Origin: Haliotis rufescens
Taxonomy: Eukaryota
Direction: 5' to 3'
NCBI RefSeq assembly: GCF_023055435.1
Contig: NW_025964334.1
Coordinates: 14,508,001 to 14,572,000, forward strand
Length of the DNA stretch: 64,000 bases
This document shows positions 1 through 12,355 of this stretch, one piece after another; the first letter of the stretch is position 1, and the number at the start of each line of letters is the position of its first letter. A program made the position numbers and the translations under genes. Under the pieces are notes generated by a model. The model saw only the letters and a list, made by a program, of their open reading frames with translations, was not told the DNA's origin and ran no database searches.

Positions 1-646
1 ACTCGACCTCAGTACATGGATGACAATGCCAGGCCTCATCGTTCGCATACAGTCGTGGATTACATGAGGGCCAATGCAATAACGACTCTACCCTGGTCAG
101 CAATGAGCCCAGATTTGAACCCCCTGGAACATGTTTGGGATATTCTGGGGCGGCGCATACAGACATGAGATCCTCCTGTACAAGATTTACGCCAATTTGA
201 AGCAGCATTGCATCAGGAGTGGTTGTTGTTGTTGACCCATCAACAGATCCAACGTCTGACTGGAGGCATGAGACATAGGGTGGATGTGTCATCCGAGCAC
301 GTGGCGGTTATACCCGCTACTGATCTGTTTCACGTGTCATGTCAAGTAGAGACTTTAAGGAACATGGTCACATGAAACATCAAACGTAACTCGTTTACTT
401 AATCCTGCAGCTCCATACTTTTTTAAGCTATTGTCTAAGTACAAAACAGTACCTGTGTTACCATGATGTTTTGTCAGTACATTTCAATCACAACTCACCA
501 ATATCTTCTTTATTTGTTGTCAAATGTTTGTTCTATCCGCTGACATTGGTATCGTCCAGCTCCAGTGGTCAGCCATCCCATGCCATGATTTTTGCCATTT
601 GTCATGGTTCAGAAATAGGGGTGTGCTTAACTTTTTTCTTTGTGTA
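1..646 (+). mobile_element. 3' part of a decayed Tc1-family DNA transposon
   Basis: Frame 1 reads ..YMDDNARPHRS..LPWSAMSPDLNPLEHVWDILGRR.., the Tc1 catalytic second D and E region, then a stop and frameshift; ends ..GGYTRY* at about 323. A likely right terminus (..gtgtgcttaacttttttctttgtg|TA) lies at about 644-646. Confidence 0.85.
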
Positions 647-749
647 TATAACTTAGTATTCATGACCCAACTGTGTATATATCAACTTGTTCTCGTCGCT
701 ATATGGCTGAAATACGTTAAATGTTAACTCACTCAAACTACCTAGGAGC

Positions 750-1003
750 TTGGTCCATTTATATACTGACGGATCTAAAAATCCCATCAACAACACTGCT
801 TGTTGCGTGATTCATATCCATAGCTCCAAACAGCAAGCACATTCGGTCCCCTTGACTAACGGTCAGTCATTATTCACTGCTGAATTGGGGGCAATTCCAC
901 ATGCCCTCAAGTTCATGCTGGAACTACCGGAAGCAAAGGCAGTCTTCCTGTCAGACTCGCTGAGTGCTCAGCGAAAGAACTCGAGACCAAACAGAGTCAA
1001 TGT
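750..1003 (+). mobile_element. Non-LTR retrotransposon RNase H domain, N-terminal half (fragment)
   Basis: YTDGSK..FTAELGAI..AVFLSDSLSA motifs typical of LINE-encoded RNase HI; interrupted at about 1004. Confidence 0.8.
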
Positions 1004-3845
1004 ATTTACTATGGGGTTAATACGGAAACGAATGTAATTTGAAGACAAATGCTGTACACGTGAAAGTGAGTATGTCACGTGATTAAGGTGCAGTGCAGAG
1101 AGCAAGGAGTGTGAAGCACGACTCGAGGCCTGTCTTTGTCCTCTCTCGTCACCACAACAAGAAAATCTTGATTCCATTGAAGGTCTCCACCTTTCCAGTC
1201 AACATGACAAAGCTCAGGATTCTGTTGAAGGGTACGAAAGGTCGTTCTCTGCAGGGTATGAAACTCCCAAAAATTTCAGCCAGACCACAGGACTGGCTAT
1301 CTGAAATACTTGCCAGCCCTGACCAAAACCTGCCTGCCCACTATAATCATATGTTTCTCAGGATTAGCTAACGGGGTTTCTTTTTGGTTACATTTTATCA
1401 TTCATCTTTACATGTGAATTAATGCTTATCATCGGGAAATATTTAGAATATTTTCACATATGAAATATAACCCGACCGTCGGGCAGGGTGATTTAAAAAT
1501 CTGGCAGCCCGAGTTGAAATCAACCCGTCTCGGACGGTCGGGCAGGCAGGTATTTCGAACACTGTTCTCTGTTATTAAGAGAGCTAGATAAGACTTTGAT
1601 CACTGTTCGGATTCAAAGGAAATCAGTTACAATACAAGTTCAACATTCGTATTTGGGATCAGGTTGACTCTGCTATTAGTGGCTAAAGTTACTACCGTGA
1701 TTACGATTGTATCACATATGTTTCAGGGGATCAGATTTCAAGTAGAAATATTTAAAAAACATACTAACGCAGATTTCCCACAGGTCTCCAGTTCAGTGTC
1801 AGTTGTAGGTCACAGTTTGATGTTCATCTGATGGGTAATCCTAAGAGGTACAAGGATATAGATGCTCCAGAATTCATTACTTAAACTATTACAGATGGTT
1901 ACATCATTCCTCTTGTCGCCTCCCTTGTTTCATAGAAAGAACAACACCTCTGCTGTCAAACATAGTGACCTTGTCTCTGAGACTATCCAGGATCTCATGT
2001 AAAACAACTGTATTGTTGTACATGTAGGTGTAGACTGACATCAGGTTGTGAACCTCCAATCAGTTTCTATTTAAAGCTCTGGTAAGAAAAGGTTAATTTT
2101 AGACCTAAGAATTATAAACAAATATGTTTAGAAAGAAAAGATAGTCTTTGAGGATTACAAAGTTGCTTTGAATTTTGTGGATACAAGTTTTATCTTAAGT
2201 CTTGGTATCACCACATAGATAGAAATTAACCCTCGTCAACCCACGTTTTTAGGCTTTTCTTGGTCAATTAATGGTGTGTTTTTTCGTTACACATTTTTGC
2301 ATATCTTCATTGAGTGTCTTAGTCCATGAGTTAGATACTGGAGAAAACATTCTGTAGATGTTGTAGTTTACTTAGACGATGGATTCGGGTTTGCTTCATT
2401 CAAAGCATTAGGCAGGGAGTAATCAGGTTTTGTTAAATCTTCTTTGTGCAGAGTAGGCTTTGTTTGTAATGAACACAAGATATCTTGAATGGCTCGGGCT
2501 TAATTGGAATCCTGATGCAGTCGCGATATCTATTCCTCCTAGAAGATAAGAAAATGTGAGAAACTCATGTACAGGATTCTTAGCGGCCTTACCGCAATTC
2601 GCAGCACGTAACCATTTGGTAGTATAGAAGTAAAAAGTATCTCTTTCTCCAGTTTTTGGCGATGTTACATACTTGTGATTAGACGTATTTATTCAGTTAT
2701 ACAAAGAGCTTGAATTAGGGATAGAAAGCAAAGCAAAGTGGCCAAGAGTTCAACTTGGCGGGAGTTAAAAGCTGTTAAATAATCTTTGAACGTTTTCACA
2801 GAAGCTTTGTGTAATCAGATTGTAACGTGGTTCACAGATAGCAAGGGTTGCTGTCAAATTGCTTCTTTTGATGGTTCAGTTCATCGTCACAGGATTTTTT
2901 GCTATGTCAGTGTTCATCATGGCTAGGATGTCTAACATCATGATAAAGTTTAGCTTGATTCCACGTTCAGAAATCGACATAAAGATGCGTTGGGGAAATG
3001 TGAAGGAACTGGATTGTTACTGATGCTGTCTTCAGGCTGTGGGATCAGAATTGGGGTGCCCACACTGTTGATAGATTTGCTAGTCATTCATTCTAATCCT
3101 AAGATGGGCAGATTCAATTCCTGATCTTGGTGCCCTGGCAAAAAAGCAGTAGATATTTTGTACACAGTCATGGCCAGATGATATCAATGGGGTTGTCCAC
3201 CCCTGTGCATTTGGTGACAACGGTTATTAGATATGCTCTACAAAGCAAAGCAGTAGACAAGTACTATCTCGCCGAAACTTCTAATGAATATATTTTTCAT
3301 TAACTTTTCTTCTGTGAATCGTATGTACTCAAAGTAATAAACCTTTATCATATCCCAGAGTGAAGGAAATCTTTATTGAAAAATTCAAACTAAATTGGTG
3401 AAGATGTCACAAGACCTTCACAGTTTCTGTTCAGGTGGGAGGGACTGCTGCAGCTAACGCAGGAGTTACAGATATACTTTTCTAGCGACATGGACACTGG
3501 GCCTCAGATAAGGCCAAAGACGGTTATGTCAGAGACGATGCATCTGAACTGTTGAGATGTCATCATTGTTGGGATTGTAAACAGCTGAAATATATCTGCT
3601 GCATGGACCCGTTCTTTTAATTCGAGTTGCTTCAGGCATTACCCATGAGTGGAGTGTGTTGACATAGTAAATGTTTTATGTTCATTTGAACATAGTGAAT
3701 TAAAACATAAATGTGTTTACTATGGGGTAAATACGTGAACGAATGCTGTGCACATGACAGTGGTGAGCTGCAGTGCAGAGGGCAAGGAGTGTGATGCACC
3801 ACTTGAGGCCTTCACGTCACACTTGCGAGCTGTCTTTGTCTTTCT
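1004..3845 (+). mobile_element. Degenerate DIRS/Ngaro-type tyrosine-recombinase retrotransposon
   Basis: Broken-frame motifs in the expected order: RT (KKRLILDLR, YHHID, FLGFSW, VVVYLDDGFG; about 2080-2390), RNase H (SSTWRELKAV, WFTDS; about 2745-2845), methyltransferase-like (WGAHTVDRFAS..RFNS; about 3050-3200) and tyrosine recombinase C-terminus (HS..GG.TAAANAGV..RHGHWASDKAKDGYV; about 3415-3540). Related ~140-bp direct repeats at about 1004-1145 and 3714-3845. Confidence 0.8.
1252..1564. mobile_element. hAT-like MITE nested in the DIRS element
   Basis: Ends cagggtatgaaa / tttcgaacactg (imperfect TIR starting CAG), flanked by duplicated ttctctg; subterminal cccg/cggg repeats. Confidence 0.5.
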
Positions 3846-3848
3846 TTG

Positions 3849-4026
3849 ATTCCGGGGTAGAATAGGTCCTCAGCAACCCATGCTTGCCGTAAAAGGCGAC
3901 TATGCTTGTCGTAAAAGGCGACTAACGGGATCGGGTGGCTCGCTGACTTGGTTGATGTATGTCATCGGTCCCAATTGCGTGGATCGATGCTCATGATATT
4001 AATCACTGGATTGTCTGGTCCAGACT
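3849..4026 (+). mobile_element. SINE-like repeat family R (non-tRNA head resembling an RTE 5' end), 5' part
   Basis: Matches the ~270-bp interspersed consensus gatccggggtagaataggtcttcagcaacccatgcttgccgtaaaaggcgact.. that recurs about 20 times in the window. Confidence 0.8.
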
Positions 4027-4500
4027 GAAGGGCAACAGATGGAGCTTTGTTGGATCCCGTCTCACACATAGATATTCATGGAAAGAACAACATGCAGTCA
4101 CATTCGCGAGGATAGCTCTTGACAAAGTAGAGATACAGCCTATTCCCTTCAGAAAATTAGAAATCAAATTCAAAATCAAAGCCTCCATAAGCCAAATATG
4201 ACAAGCCAAATGGGACGCAAGAAAGATCGGCAGACGGCCATATAAAATTCAATCCAACAGCCACAAAAAGCCATACTCATACTCTAATGAAAAGAAAGTT
4301 GAAGTAGCCATTTCACGCCTGTGATTTGGTCACAAAAAGCACTATGACAAGGTATGCCCATCTTGCAACCAACCTGTATCCATTGCTCACTTGTAACTGA
4401 AATGTTAAGACAATGCTTAGATCCGCTATTTGTCGTAGATCTCCTGAAGCTAAGAGATGCAATAGCGAATTCGAAGGTCAAACTATTTCTAAACTGAGAG
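4027..4500 (+). mobile_element. LINE RNase H C-terminal half and downstream ORF2 remnant
   Basis: Translates ELCWIPSH..IHG..HAVTFARIAL..KIKASISQI*QAKWD, i.e. the WIPSH/GNE.AD..A region of non-LTR RNase H, with frameshifts. Confidence 0.65.
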
Positions 4501-4627
4501 ATGGACAGGTACTCGAACGTATATAGAGGGCAGTCAAAGATAAAAACTTAAATGTTACCAATGCACGAGAAAATTATCAATACAAAAAAATCCTGAAATT
4601 TTATTAATACTAAAATTAGGGCTACGG

Positions 4628-4682
4628 GAAGGTCACCGTCTTTGACCTTTTCTGAGGCCCAGCGTCCATGACGCTCGAAGGT
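4628..4682 (-). mobile_element. Tiny tyrosine-recombinase fragment (DIRS-like)
   Basis: Minus strand reads FERHGRWASEKVKDG, matching the F*RHGHWASDKAKDG motif of the upstream DIRS element. Confidence 0.55.
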
Positions 4683-5330
4683 CACGATACGAAACGTATC
4701 TCGATATTCTGGTCTCGATACAATACGTTTCTCGATACGCAACGATACAAAAACACACAAAACAGATAACAGTACTCCAGCTTTTATTAGGTTTTAAGAC
4801 TTCAAACACCAGAAATATTCAGTGTACTTAACAGTTCACAGTCTGAATGGTTCAGCTTCAGTTTTTCTCAGAAATATCAAAATGTCAACATTGTCAGGGG
4901 ACAGGGATGCCCTTTGGGTACTGACAATGTCTCCTGCAGTTGAGAACACTCTTTCACTGGGAACAGAGATCACAAGGACTCGAAGTTAATGCCTGACCAA
5001 ACGAGCTAAGTAAGGGAAGCGATATCCATTGGCCATTCACCATTCCAGGGGATTTGCAGTTAATAAATTTGACGAACACCTATCAAAACAAAATGTCCTC
5101 CATGGCAGTTTTGATTTTCTTGTTACATGGTTCGTCAGTGGCGTGAGACTGGCACACTCTCAGATTTCACCTCAATGTCAGTGTCAGACACAGATGGTAG
5201 TGGTGATAGTGGTTGGCTTTCAGGCTCAGCATGAAGAGGTTCACCTTCTTCCTCTTCAGTCTGCAACAAGTTTTCAGAGTTAATATATAGAAAACCTTCT
5301 TAATTAAAAGTCAGTTTTTATTTTTTTGTA
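4681..5330 (-). mobile_element. hAT transposon 3' remnant (ZBED1-like dimerisation domain and subterminal repeats)
   Basis: Minus strand at about 4860-5050: PLEW*MANGYRFPYLARL..SVPSERVFSTAGDIVSTQRASLSPDNVDILIFL; clustered cgata(c) subterminal repeats at 4685-4748. Confidence 0.75.
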
Positions 5331-5556
5331 ATTTATGTTGAAAATAATCATCGACTATGTCAATGTTGTTTTTCTTAAGAAGTGTTTTCAAGAAATTTTG
5401 TAACCCAAATATTTATGCTTGTTTCATTTTCTAGGCTTATAATAAGTTCTCAAACTTTAGTTTAATAGTTTAATGCACTAATATCCAGAAATTCAGACAA
5501 AACATTAAGTAAACAAATAAATACCTTTCACTTTAATGCACATGCCACTGCTTTCG

Positions 5557-5797
5557 TTTGTTTGTTGTTTAACGCCGCACTCAGCAATATTCCAGCTCTA
5601 TGACGGCGGTCTGTAAATAATCGAGTCTGGACCAGACAATCCAGTGACTGAAATCATGAGCATCGATCTACGCAATTGGGATACGATGACATATCATATA
5701 TCAACCAAGTCAGGGAGCCTGACCACTCGATCCTTACGGCATGCATAGTCGCCTTCTACGGCAAGCATGGGTTGCTGAAAACCTATTCTACCCCGGG
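5557..5797 (-). mobile_element. SINE-like family R copy
   Basis: Reverse complement of the family R consensus with a (caaa)n tail. Confidence 0.8.
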
Positions 5798-6097
5798 TCG
5801 AATTCCATCTTGTGGAACCATCTTGTATGAGTTTGTGACAGGTAAGTAACTGTTTGGTTCTCAGGACAGATGCAACATGAGAGCTTCCGTGAAAAAATGA
5901 CTCCTCAAACTCTCACTAAACTTGCATTGTTCAAAACATCTAATGTGAGGGTTGAGACTGGGTGACTCATTGGCAGCACTAACAATGCTGCTTGCTTTGT
6001 TTGTTTGTTTGTTTGTTTAACGCCGCACTAGGCAATATTTCAGCTATATGACGGCGGTCTGTAAAATAATCGAGTATGGACCAGACAATCCAGTGAT

Positions 6098-6360
6098 TGT
6101 CAGTAGATATAGCAATATTTTCAAACCTGTCAATCTTCCATTCTGATAAAGCTGAAGTCAGAACTTTAGCTAAATTTGTTCCAGTATGGCACTGGTGAAG
6201 GGGTCGTGTTTCTAACACAGGATTTTCCATTTACCACGCTCCGCTGAAAGAATGTGCAGTTATTGTAACGTAGCTGTCGATGGCACGTGACCAACCACGA
6301 GTGGTAATAGCAACACTTTCAATTCCTTTCAAGACATCACGTTTCGTGTTCTCGTACAGT
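6098..6360 (-). mobile_element. hAT transposase internal fragment
   Basis: Minus strand: W SRAIDSYVTITAH..VLETRPLHQCHTGTNLAKVLTSALSEWKI..ISTDN, a hAT catalytic region (D-W-S, HT, TDN). Confidence 0.7.
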
Positions 6361-6722
6361 TAATAAGGATGTAAGTAGAATAGTAAGTAGGTAGATCTAT
6401 TTTTAATAAAGTTTGTGAAGAGTTTCTTTTTGGGGAAAATTAGGGTTAGGACTAAGTATGTACAAAATATGCGGTAAACAATAGACATGTATCAGGTTCT
6501 TGTCCGTGTGATTGTTGGATTTCTCAATTTTATATTTTGTTGAATATTCCTCTTTTGGTATTTATTAAAAAAAAAATTTCAACAAGCCTTTTTTGTCTTT
6601 ATTCACCTGCCTAATGCTTGAACGTTAACCATACTACAGAGTCTCACAGGAGTGTACCAGCTTACCACACATTTACCATGTTATTAAACACAAGGCAAAG
6701 GGCCGTGAGTCAGCAGTGTGGG

Positions 6723-7052
6723 CCCGTGAAGATCCGGGGTAGAATAGGTCTTCAGCAACCCATGCTTGCCGAAAAAGGCAACTATGTTTGTCGTAAGAGG
6801 CGACTAACGGGATCGGGTGGTCAGGCTCGCTGACTTATGTGAAGCATGTCATCGTATCCCAATTGGGTGGGTCGATGCTCATGATGTCAATCACTGGGTT
6901 GCTGAGTGCGGCGTTAAACAACAAACAAACTAACAGCAGAGGGATTCAAGACGCTCTGCAGAGCCACAGAACACTGCTGTCACTGGGTACCTCAGGCTAG
7001 TGATAGACAACAGAACTCTGCTTCAGGTAAACGTTGCTTTTCGTTAGAATAT

Positions 7053-7093
<41 letters not shown>

Positions 7094-7224
7094 ATGTGGA
7101 TCGATGCTCATGATATCAAACACTGGATTGTCTGGTCCAGACTCGATTATTTACAGACCGCCGTCATATACATGTAGCTAGAATATTGCTACGTGCGGAG
7201 TCAAGCAACAAACCAACCAACCAA
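6723..7224 (+). mobile_element. Two family R SINE-like pieces with an (AC)n microsatellite between them
   Basis: Consensus matches at 6723-6930 and 7091-7224; (CA)n at about 7054-7090. Confidence 0.7.
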
Positions 7225-8099
7225 CACGAACCTTTTGCACGTGTTCCTAGCTCTTTGGCAACTTGGGTTATAACTGCATGTCCCGGGGCAAGTAAACGGT
7301 TCATTTAGGACCAACTCGAGCACATTTAGCAATCACCTGAATAGTACTTGCACATGTTGATCGGCCTATTATGAGCAAACATAGGCCCTGATCACGAAGA
7401 GAGTAATATCCTTGTTTTCTGTTCCGTGTCTTTGAACAAAAAGCTACCAAATCATACGTACGTACAATGCATAGAATAACTTAAAACGTACTGCCAAAAA
7501 ACACATAGTTCACCATTCATAAACGGATAAACTATGAGTAAGCAAATATTTAGTTGTTAATTTCATAACATGTCGTTCATGTCGCCGAGGCAGAATACTA
7601 CATTCGTCAGTTGCATTTCGCTGTTAGTTTCATGTTCTCAGCAAGGGTAATTTTACTGTCTCATTCCATTGTTTTATGTCTCTGATTTGATTGGGCGGCT
7701 AAAGGTTTCATCACTCCGAAGACTCCGAAGAATCTGAAATGACTACTTTGCGTAAAGCTCATTTCTAAACTAAGCCCATGTTTTCTTGAATGTGACATCA
7801 GATCAACATGTGAAGGGCTTTAATATCAAGACCGTGTTGTTTTGGAAATGCTCATCTACAATATGATAGTAATATTACAATTATTGAATCTCTTACTTGT
7901 CATTTTCCTCATCTTCAGGATTGCTGTACTGTGTTTTTTATGTTTGTTATCTTGTACGGAAGAGGTCTTTAGACGTTTAGACTTTTATGTATTCCATCCC
8001 AAAGTAAACACCCATTTCACAGTAAGGTCTCTCGCTGTATGAGTATACGATTGAGGTCGCTCTAATACACATGATTGACAGTGTTGGTGAATGGTGAAC

Positions 8100-9630
8100 A
8101 GTGTTCGAAGAGCATAACTCAGAAACCGTTAAATATTTCTCTACGAAACTTTGCATGTCTATCAGACTCATGCTGAACTGGTGCCTTTTGCTATTTAGGA
8201 ATTTTATAAATGTTCATTTTTTACGTTTCCATGGCAACAAGTTGGACTTAGGTTCTATAAGGGTGCTGTTCGTTTCCGGAGCGTAACTCAAAAACCGTTA
8301 AATAATTTCTTACAAAACTTTGCATGTTTACCAGACACATACTGAACTGGTGCCTTTTGCTATTTAGGAGTTTTATGCATTTTTATTATTTACGTGTCCA
8401 TGGCAACAAGTTGGACTTAGGTTCTATAAGGGTGTTGTTCGTTTCCGGAACATAATTAACTCAAAAACTGTTAAATACTTTCTTACAAAACTTTGCATGT
8501 CTACTAGGCACATACTGAACTGGTGCATTTTGCTTTTTAGGAATTTTATAAATTTTTATTTCCATCATCCAATCCTTGGTTCATATGCTAGTAGTACACG
8601 GACAATGTAATTGTCTTAAACGACAAACAACAAGAAATTAAGCGCCAGTGCCATATGGGCTGGAAAAGGAAACAAACGATTCCTCTTGGGGGCAAAGGTA
8701 ATTTAATAATGACAAATGTTTAATCGAAACATAAAACCTCCGGGTGGGAGGTTGGTAAACAAACAGACTGAGAAAATTCACCAAATTCCTGAACAACATG
8801 TAGTTTGCATGTTACGTTTGGCGCCTGTGACGTGTCTCTTGCAACAATAAAAAACAAATACCGCTTACAGCATAATCAGCAATTGACAGTCTGGATTGTC
8901 TCCCCTTTATTGTAAAATTAATGGACACTAAATCAGATGCCATGGCATTGCCGTTTAAATTAAAATAAACTAGGGTTTATTTCTCACTTTATTTTTTACG
9001 TTTCCATTGCAACAAGTTGGACTTAGGTTCTATAGGGTAGAATTTGTTTCCGGAGCATAACTCAAAACCCATTCAATACTTTCCAACAAAAACTTTGCAT
9101 GTTTTCCAGACACATACTGGACTGGTGCCTCTTGCTATTTAGGAATTTTAGAATTTTTTATTTTTCACGTTTTCATGGCAATAAGTTGGACTTAGGTTCT
9201 ATAAGGGTGGTGTTCGTTTCAGGAACATAACTAAAAAACTGTTAAATAATTTCTTACAAAACTTTGCATGTCTACCAGGCACATACTGAACTGGTGCCTT
9301 TTGATATATAGCACTTTTATAAATTTTTATTGTTTATGTTTCCATGACAACAAGTTGGATTTAATTTAATATAGGACTGGTTTACTTAAGGAGTATAACA
9401 AATAAACTGTTAAATATTTCCTTGCCAAACATTGCATGTCTATATATAAAGCGCATACTGAACTAGTGCCATTTGATATTGAGGAGTTTTAGAAATGTTT
9501 ATTTTAGAATTTCCATTGCAGCTCTTTTGGCAATGGCTAAGAGAAATGTAGGGTCAGTTACCTGGTTTGGGACCAGAACGGGTTAAAATGGGTGGGGGGA
9601 TATAGATGACTTTGTCAACTATACGCTTGT
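8100..9630. repeat. ~171-bp tandem array (about 6 units, interrupted at ~8565-8975), probably the core of a non-autonomous Helentron/HINE-like element
   Basis: Unit aaaactttgcatgtctaccagacacatactgaactggtgccttttgctatttagg..ccatggcaacaagttggacttaggttctataaggg.. recurs at about 8145, 8315, 8488, 9090, 9258 and 9428; G-rich end gggtggggggatatagatgactttgtcaac..cttgt. The class assignment is inference. Confidence 0.65.
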
Positions 9631-9704
9631 AAACGGTAAACATGATACATGAATCATGACACTGACATTGTTATGTGAAACAGGGTCCGGCTTCAAAGTA
9701 CTCC

Positions 9705-9995
9705 GGGGGGGGGGGGGGGGGGGGGGCGGCACTGGGCCTAAGGCGCCGCGATTCGCTGTGCAGAGTTGCGTCCCTTGGACACGCCAGAAACCTATGATTG
9801 TGAGTTCGAATCCCGGTTCACCCCAATTATGTTTCTAGGTTTGTCAGCACCATACCCGTGCTCGTGGGTTTCACCGAAGTGGTAAACGTCTGAGACCTGC
9901 ATCACTTCGGGCTTTCCTCCCACATTAAGCTGACACGCCACGATATAACTGGAATGATTTTAAAAGCGGCGTTAAACCCAACTCACTCACTCACT
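9705..9995 (+). mobile_element. SINE family L (tRNA-like head with long insert), 5' end replaced by poly-G
   Basis: Box-B-like gttcgaatccc, (ctca)n tail, target-site duplication tcaaagtactccg on both sides. Confidence 0.8.
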
Positions 9996-10169
9996 CAAAG
10001 TACTCCGCTCTTAACTCTTTTAACACCGTAGCCACGTCAAAATAAATATACAGCTTCATGAACCTACCTATCATTCATTTATGAAATCTATCACTGTTCA
10101 CAAAGTCGGAAAATACGTATTTCATTTCAATTTATCATGTTTTATCAATAGATTTACAATTATTAACTA

Positions 10170-11810
10170 AACTGACGTCCAAAAGAAACTTTACCAGAGT
10201 TTGAAATCACTCTTGCTCAAAAACAACAAAACATACATGCATGAAGTAAAGTGTATTCAGAAGATCAATATATCAACATAATCAACACTGAAAATGACAA
10301 TCATACCGCGACCGAGAATGACGTCAGAGCCCCCCAAAGTTGGGTGTGGTACAAAACTCGAGCTTTCAGAATCATGGACAATAGGCAGAGTAGATAAACA
10401 ATCGCTCACGTTCAATAACAAGTCATTAGTATCGTGTGTGACCACCAAATGCCTCAATACACGCAAAAACTCTTCGACGCACAGAAAAAGTCAGTCGTCT
10501 GATGAGGTCACGTGGGATTTGACGCCATTCTTCTTGGAGTGAGTGAGTGAATCAGTATGGTTTTACGTCGCTTTTAGCAATATTCCAGCAAAATCACGGC
10601 GGGGGACACCAGAAATTGGCTTGACACAATGTACCCATGTCGGGAATCCAACCCGGGTCTTCGGCGTGACGAGCGAACGCTTTAACCACGAGGCTACCCG
10701 ACCGCCCAATATTCTTCTTGGAGGGCCAAGATCAGTTCTTGCCATCAAGTCCCAGAGGTGTTCTATGGGGGTCGTTGACATTGTTTGCTTCGAGGATGTT
10801 AGTGACAATTCTGGCTGTATGGGCTCTAGCGTTGTCATGCTGATAAATGACACCACGTGGCTGCCGTTGGAGAAATGGTAGGACAACTGGACGAAGAATG
10901 TTATCCATGTAACGCTGAGCTGTCAAGTTTCTGTCATCGATGACCAGCGGTGTCCTCTCCTGCCCAGAGATCCCTCCCCACACCATGACACTCCATTCAC
11001 CATATGGTACGACCTCCTGCACGCAACACGCCGCCGTTCGTTCACTCCTTCGGCGGTAAGCACGTTGTCTTCCATCAGCCCTAAACATACAGAATCGACT
11101 TTCGTCAGTGAAGACAACCCTCGGCCAGTCACGTCGCTGCCAACGTCGTACAGTCAGGGCCCATCTCAATCGCAGACGACGATGTTGCGCTGTCAATAGC
11201 TGTCCTCTGTATGGTCTAAAAGCCCTGATTTCATGAGCCCTGAGTCTCCTGGCCACTGTCTGTCGACTAACCCTGTGACCTAAGGCATTTGTCGCCGATG
11301 ACGTCACTGTCAGGAAGCGATTTCGGAGGTGCAAGGTACGCAAGTGTCATCATGGGGCGTGGTCACCCTGGGTCTGCCTGTTTTTGGCCTGTCAGCGGTC
11401 CGCCATGTCTGTCTGTAACGTTGCATCAAGTTGGTAACGGCAACACGGGAGCAACCGAAGGTTCGTGCAATATGGGCGTGGGTGGCTCCCATATGTACCA
11501 TACCCAAGGCTCGTTCACGTTGTTCGACTGTGAGTCGTGGCATTTCTTTTGTGTTTTTTTATCACTGTGGATGTCTGACTTGCCGTTTTTATACCCTTAC
11601 CCGCACGTGCATTTGCAGTTGTCCGTGGTGCACGTGTTTTTTACCTTTTCGCGTGTTATCTCGCAAACATGTAACAGACGATTAACATTTTCTGCATACA
11701 CTATTGTTGTATTTAGGTTATGTGTTTTAGATAGACTTCATCGAAAAAAAAATTATACTTTGTCTGAAATTTTTATTTTCAGTTGGTAAAGTTTCTTTTG
11801 GACGTCAGTT
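10170..11810 (-). mobile_element. Tc1 DNA transposon with both TIRs; transposase pseudogene
   Basis: TIRs aactgacgtccaaaagaaactttacca / tggtaaagtttcttttggacgtcagtt with TA flanks; ORF pieces MPRLT..GRPRVTT, VVFTDESRF, SVMVWGGI, QHDNARAH; frameshift, deletion before the catalytic E, and a SINE insertion. Confidence 0.92.
10538..10706 (-). mobile_element. tRNA(Asp-like)-derived SINE (family D) inserted in the Tc1
   Basis: Reverse complement of the family D consensus; TSD attcttcttggag on both sides. Confidence 0.85.
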
Positions 11811-12355
11811 TATTTCCCGCAATGTTATTGAAAAAACTTGATCTAGGGGACATGCTTCGACAACTGGTCCATAGCAAACATGATCCTGTTAGCGAGCAAT
11901 GTAAAGACGTTTCACGAAAACCGTAAATATATTTACTAAAGTAATACATAAAATCATCAAACATATTTCTTAAAATTGTCAACTTACATCTCAGCTACTT
12001 TTTCCATCTTTTCGTGCGATCGTGTAATGTCAAATGACATCTCGGCATTTGTCGCCCCAATTTATAATTTTTAAATGTTGTTATTATATTCAAAACTTTA
12101 TGAATAATGTAGTGATTATCTGCACATCTGTGAGAGAAATGCAGCGGTTATCTGCAAAGCTATGGTACTGTATATGAGCAACGAGGTCTCCGCGCCTGAC
12201 CACCAGATCCATTTAGTCGCTTTCACAAACGAGGCTTGGTTGCCGGGACATATTCTTACCTGGTGTACAAACAAATTAGATTAATGTGTTAATATGAAAA
12301 ACAGCATGAGTATTCTTGTTGTACCTGGATGGTTATGTTCGTAATTTTGTATATA

